Source: an uncultured Dehalococcoidia bacterium (GTDB lineage Bacteria > Chloroflexota > Dehalococcoidia > Lucifugimonadales > UBA3495). From it: a stretch of DNA of 43,651 nucleotides. The notes beneath the pieces are model-generated. The model saw nothing but the letters and a program-made list of their open reading frames with translations, ran no database searches and was not told where the DNA came from. The position numbers and the translations under genes are program-made. The stretch covers positions 1 to 43,651 of the forward strand of contig CATMOE010000029.1 of the NCBI GenBank assembly GCA_950072105.1. The letters are read 5' to 3'. Every line of letters starts with the position of its first letter. The stretch's first letter is position 1. Shown here one piece after another: positions 36,499-43,651 of the stretch.

Positions 36499-37377
36499 CT
36501 ATCCGAAGCTCATCGCTCGGGCCTTTGGCAATTCACCGCGGAACTCCTGGTACAAGCGCTGAACATTGACCATGACCCTCTCCGGCTCCACCCAGTCAGC
36601 ATACTCTCCCAAGGGAATCGCACGGCTAGTGTCCTCAACGCTCGCGCCCCGCTGAAAATGCGATCGGGACTTGCGCTTTACCAAACGAAGGTACTTCAAG
36701 GTCGCGCTAACCACTTCCTTGCCGCTTACGGGACCATGCCCCGGTATCAAAGTCGTGGCATCCAAATGATTCAGGATCCCGTTTGCTACCTTGATCCAGT
36801 TGCTTACGTGTCCATCCCGCGCCAGTGGGGTCAGATAGTGAAATGCCACGTCTCCCGTGAAAAGCACCTTATCCTCAGGCAGGTATACGAGGGTGTCCCC
36901 GTAAGTATGGGCCGGACCCGGATGGAGCAATTCGACCACCTTGCCGCCCAGGTGGACAATCATTTTGTCCTCGTAAGTGATACTGGCAGGAGTTAGCCGA
37001 GCCTCCGCCCAGTCTTCTTTGTACTGGGGGTATCGTTCACTCAGCATCCCCACGTCCGCGCCCCTGGTGATCAAAGATTCCCGGCATCCACGGTGAGAAA
37101 CTATCTCGGCCGGAAGGTAGAACTGGTTGCCAAAGGAATGGTCCACATGATGGTGGGTGTTGACCACGTATCTGATGGGCTTATCGGTGACTTTGCGTAT
37201 CTCCTCCATGTACATACGTACCTGGCTGGCTACCATCATGGCGTCGATAACCAACACGCCATCGTCGCCTACTATGAAGCCGGAGTTGCATATGTCCCAT
37301 CCTACCCCGCTGTGGATATAAGCGAAGACGTTGGGAGCGACCTCTTGTAATCCCGACTTCCAGGATGGTATGGGCAT
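36499..37377 (-). CDS. Metallo-beta-lactamase fold hydrolase (cyclase-like)
   Basis: NTHHHVDH (HxHxDH), AHTYGD, FTGD and IPGHG. Confidence 0.9.
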   Translation of the reverse strand: MPIPSWKSGLQEVAPNVFAYIHSGVGWDICNSGFIVGDDGVLVIDAMMVASQVRMYMEEIRKVTDKPIRYVVNTHHHVDHSFGNQFYLPAEIVSHRGCRESLITRGADVGMLSERYPQYKEDWAEARLTPASITYEDKMIVHLGGKVVELLHPGPAHTYGDTLVYLPEDKVLFTGDVAFHYLTPLARDGHVSNWIKVANGILNHLDATTLIPGHGPVSGKEVVSATLKYLRLVKRKSRSHFQRGASVEDTSRAIPLGEYADWVEPERVMVNVQRLYQEFRGELPKARAMSFG

Positions 37378-37448
37378 CTTTGGCTCCTTTGGCGACTATT
37401 TTAAGGCGGGGAATGGGCTCTCACCGGGGCAAATGTACAAGTACCCCA

Positions 37449-38354
37449 CTAAGCGTTCGCAAAAGACAATGCTTGGTCAACGAAGTCCACTCCAACCATC
37501 TCGCTCCACGCGGACTGTAATTGGCGGGTGATCGGCCCCGGCACGCCTTCGCCCACCGGCCGGTTGTCGATCTTCCCGGCGGGCAGGATGCAGTACGTGG
37601 TGTTGGTAAGAAATATCTCGTCGGCGGTATATGCGTCGTAAGGTTGGAGCTCTTCTTCCCGCGTTGGGATCCCCAGCCGTTTAGCCATCTCCCGGATGAC
37701 CCTCTGGGTATCGCCTTGAAGAGAGCTGTGGTCGGTCGGCATTCTTAGCACGCCGTCGGTGATCAGGTAAAAGTTGCCGGCTATATGCTCGGCGATGTTG
37801 CCGTTCTCATCTAGCAGAACTGGATACGCTTCCGGGTCCACGTCAGCCGCTTCCAGACTGGCGATGACGAAATTCATCCGGCTATAATGCTTCACCTTCG
37901 GATCGAGGGATTCGGTGGAGTAGGAACGGGTTCGCGGTATAACGACGTGCACGCCGGACTGGTAGAATTTAGCGAACTGGGCGAAGTCTATTCGCTGGGG
38001 CAGGATGCACACGGTTGGGGGCACGGGATCGACGACACTTTTCGCCCTGCCTCGTGTCACGAACTGGGTGACCGTAAAGTCTCCTCCAGGCTCACGCAAG
38101 TCTTCGTTTCGCTCCACGACTTCGCGGGTCAACGCTTCTAGCTCGTCGATATTAAGTCCGGAGTCCAGACGGGTGAATTTAAGTGAGCGCATGAATCGCT
38201 CTAGGTGCTCACGCAGCCGAAAAATCTTTCCATCGAAGGTGCGTTGGAGATCGTAGACCACGTCTCCAGTACGGAACCCCCTGTCGGTGGCGTGGATCAG
38301 ACACTGACTGTCAGGAACAAACTCCCCGTTAAAATACGCGATAAGCTCGTCCAT
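37449..38354 (-). CDS. PLP-dependent aminotransferase class IV (branched-chain/D-amino acid/ADC lyase family)
   Basis: DRGFRTGD, EHLERF, probable PLP lysine in KVKHYSR, IAE and ADEIFLTNT. Confidence 0.9.
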   Translation of the reverse strand: MDELIAYFNGEFVPDSQCLIHATDRGFRTGDVVYDLQRTFDGKIFRLREHLERFMRSLKFTRLDSGLNIDELEALTREVVERNEDLREPGGDFTVTQFVTRGRAKSVVDPVPPTVCILPQRIDFAQFAKFYQSGVHVVIPRTRSYSTESLDPKVKHYSRMNFVIASLEAADVDPEAYPVLLDENGNIAEHIAGNFYLITDGVLRMPTDHSSLQGDTQRVIREMAKRLGIPTREEELQPYDAYTADEIFLTNTTYCILPAGKIDNRPVGEGVPGPITRQLQSAWSEMVGVDFVDQALSFANA

Positions 38355-38655
38355 ATTTACCTCAATATCGAACGCCGGTAGGGAGGGTCAGAGACAGAAA
38401 CTCTTGGACTGTCAGCGGCGTCCACGCATCCGGTCTCTAGAGGCATATTACGTCGGAGGAGAGGGGTTGTCCACACGGCACAACGGTTTCTCCAGAAGTG
38501 AGTATCAAGCGCGATAGCCACAAATGTGGAAGAAGAGTCGCACCGGGAGGACCTCTTTCGATTGTAAGTGTTGGACCGTTGGGTCTTCAATTGTTATAAA
38601 ATCCATTTCGAAGGCCCCCTGGGTGATCCAATAGAAGGTGATTAGGAGGAAGACC

Positions 38656-40083
38656 ATGCTAGATCTGATTATTAAAGGCGGCCAGGTCGTGACTAGCTGG
38701 GGCGTAGGCGACTGGGAGATAGCGGTCCAAGGAGACAAAATCGTCGGAGTTGGGGCTCCGGGGACATTCACCGAAGAAGCGGGCCGGGTGATCGACGCTT
38801 CGGGCAAGATAGTGGTTCCTGGAGGCATCGAACCCCACGCCCATATCGCCGCGCCTTTCGTGGCCCAGGGTCAAAACCTGAGTACGGCGCCGCCGGAGCA
38901 GGTCAGCCGTGCCGCCCTCTTTGGAGGCACGACCACGCTGCTGGACTTCGCCGTCCAGAATCCCGGCATCGACGTCAACCAGGCCATCGCCGAGCGCACT
39001 TCGGTCTGGCAGGGAAATTCCTACGCCGACTACTCTCATCACCTGATGCTATCGGGCGAGATTGATTCCAACATTATGGGCCAGGTGCGCGAGGCCGTCG
39101 AGGAAGGATTCGCATCCGTTAAGATATTCACCACGAATGTACGTCCTCCCACCACTCCAGGGCCTGGGCGAATGGTCCGCATGGGCCACCTTCACGATCT
39201 GATGGAGCTGATACAGCGTCACGGCGCAATGCTGCTGGTCCATTCCGAGGACGACGACATGGTGATGAACATGTACCGGAAGCTGGGCGACGAAGAGCGC
39301 ACCGTTTGGTGGAATATGCCGCTGGTGCACAATAACGAGTCAGAGGACGTGTCGTTTCGCCGGGTCTTGAACGTGGCTGGGTGGACCGGATCTCCGGTTT
39401 ATTTCGTCCATGTCAGCGCCAGGGAGGGGATCCAAGCGATCGGAGAGTCCAGAGCCAAAGGGATGCCGGTATACGGAGAAACACTCCACAACTACTGCTG
39501 TTTCAACTCTGATAACTACCGGGAAGAGAACGGCATGAAGTACCACACCTATCCGTCCCTAAAGTCGGAAGAGGACCGGCTCTCCCTGTGGAACGGCATC
39601 GTTCAGGGCGGCCTCAGCACCATGGCCACCGACGAGTACTGCACATCCTGGGAGGTCAAGATTGCCGGGAAAACCATATCCGACGTGACCGGAGGACACA
39701 ACGGGGCCGAGACCCGCATGGGGATCACGTTCAGCGAGGGGGTTTCCAAGCGCGGAATGACGCTGCCGCGGTTTGTGGACGTAACATCGGCCAACGCCGC
39801 CAAAATCATGGGCCTGTACCCACGCAAAGGGGTCATCGCCCCAGGCAGCGATGCCGATATCGTCCTTATCGACCCAAATATCAAGAAGACACTAGCCACG
39901 GGAGACTTCCACATCACTGACTACAGCATTTGGGATGGATTTGAAATCGAAGGCTGGCCGACAACCACTATCTTGAGAGGAAAAGTGGTCGTGGAGAACG
40001 GCCAGCTACACGCAACCCTGGGCGGAGGCCAGTTTCTCCGTCGAAAAGTCGACCCCGCTGTCACCAACGGGCCGGTCTGTTAG
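38656..40083 (+). CDS. Dihydropyrimidinase/hydantoinase-like cyclic amidohydrolase
   Basis: PGGIEPHAH, GGTTT, SVKIF, VHSE, VHVS, ATD and GLYPRKG...GSDAD. Start after AGGAGG. Confidence 0.88.
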   Translation: MLDLIIKGGQVVTSWGVGDWEIAVQGDKIVGVGAPGTFTEEAGRVIDASGKIVVPGGIEPHAHIAAPFVAQGQNLSTAPPEQVSRAALFGGTTTLLDFAVQNPGIDVNQAIAERTSVWQGNSYADYSHHLMLSGEIDSNIMGQVREAVEEGFASVKIFTTNVRPPTTPGPGRMVRMGHLHDLMELIQRHGAMLLVHSEDDDMVMNMYRKLGDEERTVWWNMPLVHNNESEDVSFRRVLNVAGWTGSPVYFVHVSAREGIQAIGESRAKGMPVYGETLHNYCCFNSDNYREENGMKYHTYPSLKSEEDRLSLWNGIVQGGLSTMATDEYCTSWEVKIAGKTISDVTGGHNGAETRMGITFSEGVSKRGMTLPRFVDVTSANAAKIMGLYPRKGVIAPGSDADIVLIDPNIKKTLATGDFHITDYSIWDGFEIEGWPTTTILRGKVVVENGQLHATLGGGQFLRRKVDPAVTNGPVC

Positions 40084-40090
40084 CCCTATC

Positions 40091-40130
40091 CACCGCTGCG
40101 CTTTCTCAAGAAAGGTGAGCTGCAGCGGTG
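40091..40130. terminator. Putative terminator hairpin between convergent genes
   Basis: CACCGCTGC...GCAGCGGTG with inner CTTTCT-CA-AGAAAG. Confidence 0.55.
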
Positions 40131-40182
40131 AATCTGAAAAAGATTGGGACGTCTGCCTCCTGAGAAGCGCGGCGTCCATTGC

Positions 40183-41454
40183 TCACGTGTATTTATCCCC
40201 ATCGGCACGAAGCATCGGTGGAGCGGTATTTCGGGCGTAAGCTGGATAGAACACGCTGGCGACTACACCCAATCCGGTGAGGACACACAGCGTTACCAAC
40301 CCCGTCTGCAGCGAACCGGTGAACTGGGCTACCAGCCCGGTCACAACCGGACCCGCGGCGAATCCCAATCCCGAAAACGTGACTACCAAGGAAGAGATCA
40401 CCGCAACCTCCCTGGGCCGTATCCCAGGAAACTCAAAGGGCAACACATTAATGGCCGGGGTGGCAACCCACACGATCCCCAGCCCGGTGATCAGGAACAT
40501 CAGCAGAATCGGGTTGGTCGTGAAGGTGATGGCCACCCCAAATAGCACGTTAAAGAGCGCCGGGACACCCAGCAACAGCTTGCGGTTCCGAATCTTGCGT
40601 GCCAGGAATCCTCCAAAGAGTCCGCTGGGAATGAGGCCGTAGTAGAGGAAACCCAATAAGGGGCCACCCAAGGTGAGCGACACTCCCCGTTCTTCCAGCC
40701 AAAGCGTCGGCAGGAAAGTCACCATGGCGGTCCAGGTAGCTGACAGGAAGAACATCATCGCGGCGATGATCCAGGCTTGAGGATAAGCAGCCAGGGCCCG
40801 AAGCGGCGCTCCTTCTTGCTCATTCAGCTGGCTCTTAATGTCGCGCACCGGGGCCTTTCTTTCCTGGGCCACCAACACCCAAGCGAAGGCTTGCACCAGC
40901 ATCAGTCCGCCCATCAACAAGTATGCGCCCCGCCAACTGCCAACTGCTGTGATAAAAAGGGCGCTGGTGCTCACGGCCAGCGCGAGGATCAAGCTGTGCT
41001 GCGAAAGACCGACCGAGTTGATCTGTGCGTATTGGCGGGGTGCGGCCCACTGCTGCAGCAGCAATGTACGGGCGGGAGTGGCGATGACGTGGCAAAGGAC
41101 GAGGAATAATCTCGCCAATAGCAGGAAGACGAAGCCGGTGGCCAAGGCCTGCATGAATAGAAAAGGGAGGCTCAATAACAGAGACACCAGGACAACTGGC
41201 ACGGGCCGGAAGCGAGAGAACCAAGCGCCGAATGGCAACGCGGCGGTAGCAGCCGTGATCCACCAGACCCCCTGGAGCAACCCTGCCTGGAGCAGTGAAA
41301 TATTCAGGTCGTCGCGGATAAACGGAAGGAACAGGCCGAAGGTATAGGAGATGAGGATGACACTGCTGCCCTGAGCCCGGAAGAGCAGCAACACCGCCCA
41401 ACCGCGGGCCGGGGTACGAGTCACCGTACCTATTGGTGAATCGGAGGCGTCCAT
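40183..41454 (-). CDS. Major facilitator superfamily transporter
   Basis: 423 aa with about 12 hydrophobic segments, MFS-like loops (GAWFSRFRP, GFLARKIRNRK) and GPVVTG. Confidence 0.85.
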   Translation of the reverse strand: MDASDSPIGTVTRTPARGWAVLLLFRAQGSSVILISYTFGLFLPFIRDDLNISLLQAGLLQGVWWITAATAALPFGAWFSRFRPVPVVLVSLLLSLPFLFMQALATGFVFLLLARLFLVLCHVIATPARTLLLQQWAAPRQYAQINSVGLSQHSLILALAVSTSALFITAVGSWRGAYLLMGGLMLVQAFAWVLVAQERKAPVRDIKSQLNEQEGAPLRALAAYPQAWIIAAMMFFLSATWTAMVTFLPTLWLEERGVSLTLGGPLLGFLYYGLIPSGLFGGFLARKIRNRKLLLGVPALFNVLFGVAITFTTNPILLMFLITGLGIVWVATPAINVLPFEFPGIRPREVAVISSLVVTFSGLGFAAGPVVTGLVAQFTGSLQTGLVTLCVLTGLGVVASVFYPAYARNTAPPMLRADGDKYT

Positions 41455-41522
41455 CTAGGACCCTGGTTTTGCAGCGAGTGGTCCCCGTTGCTCGCCTATG
41501 GGACATATCGAGGGGAATCCGA

Positions 41523-42479
41523 TCAACCCCGGACCGCCGTGCCATCGATGCGGGCCATAACTTCCGGCGCAAGCCGTCCTTTGGCTTCGGCTTCGACACA
41601 CTCCTCTAACTCTGCTCGATTCTTTACGCCGAGAATTACTGTGGCTACTCCATCCATGGACAAGGCGTACCGGTGGGCCAACGCGGCGGGAGACTCACCC
41701 AACTCTCTGCTCAGATCTCTGAAGGCTGCCGCGCGCCGGTAGTCGGCCAAATCCGGATGGTCTTCAGGCAACTGCCGGTCAAATTCACTGGTCAATGCTC
41801 CCGCTTGGACCGCCCTGATGCCCATGACACCGACGCCACGACGGTGTGCGGCGGCGGCGATCTCCCTGGGTTTGGCCGGACCCTCAAACCGCTTTAGCGC
41901 ACCAGGGGAATCTAGAAGATTGGTAATGACTTGGATCGCCTGAGGAGGCGGGTCGCTTTCTATGGTTTCCAGGATGGCATCGGGCACGCCGATACCCGTG
42001 ATTCCCCACGCCCCGATCAGGCCTTCCTTCTTTAGCGTCTCAAACGCCGGAATCACGCTCTCGACGAATAGTGTTCGAGGCGTACCGTCGTAGCGCGCCT
42101 GGTCTTCGTCAGCCACGATCATGTTATGCAGAAAGAAGAAGTCCACCCGCTCCAGCTTCATCCGGGCCAGGCTGTCACTCAAGCTCGCCCGCAAGCGGGT
42201 TAGGACCTCCCCAGGCGGTGGGTTGCCCAGTCTGCATTTGGTGGACACCCGCACCCCGTCCGGCAGCCTGCCGCCAAAGGCCTCACCGATGACATCTTCC
42301 GCCTTCCCGTCACCATAGGTGGGCGCCGCGTCCAGGAAGGTGATTCCCCAATCCACGGCCGCCTTTACCGTGGCCACCGCCTCTTCCTGGCTGGTGGGGC
42401 CCCAGACCTGCCCGGTCCCCCCGCCGCCAAGAGTCAGTGCGCTAACTTCACCCATATTTCCAAACCGGCGTTGTTCCAT
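41523..42479 (-). CDS. Aldo/keto reductase
   Basis: VSALTLG; catalytic D-Y-K-H in FLDAAPTYG, VSTK and FFLH; LKKEGLIGAWG; TVILG. Confidence 0.92.
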   Translation of the reverse strand: MEQRRFGNMGEVSALTLGGGGTGQVWGPTSQEEAVATVKAAVDWGITFLDAAPTYGDGKAEDVIGEAFGGRLPDGVRVSTKCRLGNPPPGEVLTRLRASLSDSLARMKLERVDFFFLHNMIVADEDQARYDGTPRTLFVESVIPAFETLKKEGLIGAWGITGIGVPDAILETIESDPPPQAIQVITNLLDSPGALKRFEGPAKPREIAAAAHRRGVGVMGIRAVQAGALTSEFDRQLPEDHPDLADYRRAAAFRDLSRELGESPAALAHRYALSMDGVATVILGVKNRAELEECVEAEAKGRLAPEVMARIDGTAVRG

Positions 42480-42530
42480 ATCTCCCTCAGACTGACTACC
42501 ACTTCGGCCCTTACGATGATTGCTGTGCCG

Positions 42531-42677
42531 TTAGGCCTTAAGTATCTCCCTCCGGGACAGCACCCGCTCCATCAGGGGCCGCATGCCTAGCTCGCTGGAG
42601 ATAGCCAGAGACTCGTCCAGCAGGCATATTGCCTTGGCGCGGTCACCCTCAGCATCGCGCTCTCGACATATTTCATT
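42531..42677 (-). pseudogene. Orphan C-terminal fragment of a large TPR-containing (AAA/kinase-type) regulator
   Basis: The frame reads ..RERDAEGDRAKAICLLDESLAISSELGMRPLMERVLSRREILKA-stop. It has no suitable upstream start and an upstream TAA at 42678-42680. Family assignment is from recollection. Confidence 0.6.
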
Positions 42678-42693
42678 TTAGATTTGAAGACAG

Positions 42694-43651
42694 CTATTGG
42701 GTGATAACCTGGGGGTTGTCTTGAAAATTGGGCATCACTTCATCAACAAAAAGTCGCAAAGAATTGAGCGACTGCTCATGGAACATAGTCCCCCAGGCAA
42801 AAACGCAAATCAAGTAATTGCAGCCGGATACTTCAAGCAAGCGAGCGATTTGCTCATTTACTCGAGAAGGAGAGCCATAGTTTAAAGTTTCGTTTTGAGT
42901 AGAAGAATCCCAATTGAAAAGTCCGTCCGGGAAATGGTCATCATACTCGTGCCATAACTTAGTGAGTGAATGGAACCAATCCTGGTGGGCTGCGCGGGCT
43001 ACCATCTCAGCTTGATTATCGGTTTCAGTCACCAAGATCCGCCGCATTACTCCTACCTTGGGCTCTGTTACATGCCCGTTCAGTCGATCCGGATCGGATT
43101 GATGCTCTTTCCACAGGTTCCAATACAGGTCAACGTTTTCTCTTATCCGTGCCGCCGGAGCGAGACTAACAAAGTGGTACCCGTTTCTTGCCACATTAAG
43201 GAATGCTGTTCGGATTATCAGTTGGATACCATAATGGTGGGTAAGGCTTCTGGTAGGGTTCCATCTCCATCGGAACGTTGTTGAAGTTGTAGTATTCTCC
43301 CTGAAAGTTCAGTCTTGACTGGGTCATCCCCTGAACGATAACCGCCACGCTCTCGTCGAAAATTGCTCGCGCATTATTATGATCGATTCCGGAGAATCCC
43401 AATTCGTACGGGGAAACGCCACGGGCCACACCCAAATCCAAACGGCCATCGGAGAGATTGTCCAACATACAAATTTCTTCTATCAGACGCAGCGGCGAGT
43501 AAAGCGGCAGTAGGTAGCCTAGCGGCCCTATCCTGATTTTCTGAGTCCGTTGGGCGGCGGCGGCAAGAAATAATGCTGGCGAAGGAGCCATGCCCAAAGG
43601 GGTGGCATGGTGCTCGGCCAGGTGGTAGCTGTAGAAACCCGCGACATCAGC
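42694..43651 (-). pseudogene. LLM class flavin-dependent oxidoreductase (LuxA-like), 5'-truncated by the window, frameshifted near 43195
   Basis: YHLAEHH, PSPALFLAAAAQRT, LDNLSDGRLDLG and PYQKPYPPLW. The junction CCT-TAA-T-GTG restores to P-Y-V-A-R if one A is removed. Confidence 0.8.

Noticed and set aside
38468..38476. DnaA-box-like TTGTCCACA
   Set aside because: A single mismatched copy with no origin context.

Overview
This is a bacterial chromosomal segment. Gene content suggests Chloroflexota, most likely Dehalococcoidia/SAR202 (inference from three luciferase-like monooxygenases, an orphan Rieske oxygenase alpha subunit and many orphan catabolic paralogs). The first ~10.6 kb is a core block: rplS, priA, def, a CCA/HD nucleotidyltransferase, secD, secF, nfo and a Zn-dependent dehydrogenase. 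The remaining ~33 kb is accessory catabolic, redox and transport genes. I found no rRNA, tRNA, CRISPR array or transposase. The strongest finding is that two ORF-track fragments (26545-26832 and 25915-26511, minus strand) form one in-frame 305-aa BtuF-like protein. It has a TGA at the second Cys of a CxxC motif (CDV-U), followed 11 nt later by a SECIS-like hairpin, so it is a candidate signal-less selenoprotein lying downstream of a sulfite-oxidase-family molybdoenzyme. Other observations: two SecF-like domains inserted in SecD, five unrelated families of small intergenic repeats, small membrane proteins missed by the ORF track (one with a CTG start), and several disrupted genes. Those disruptions raise the background rate of chance stop codons.
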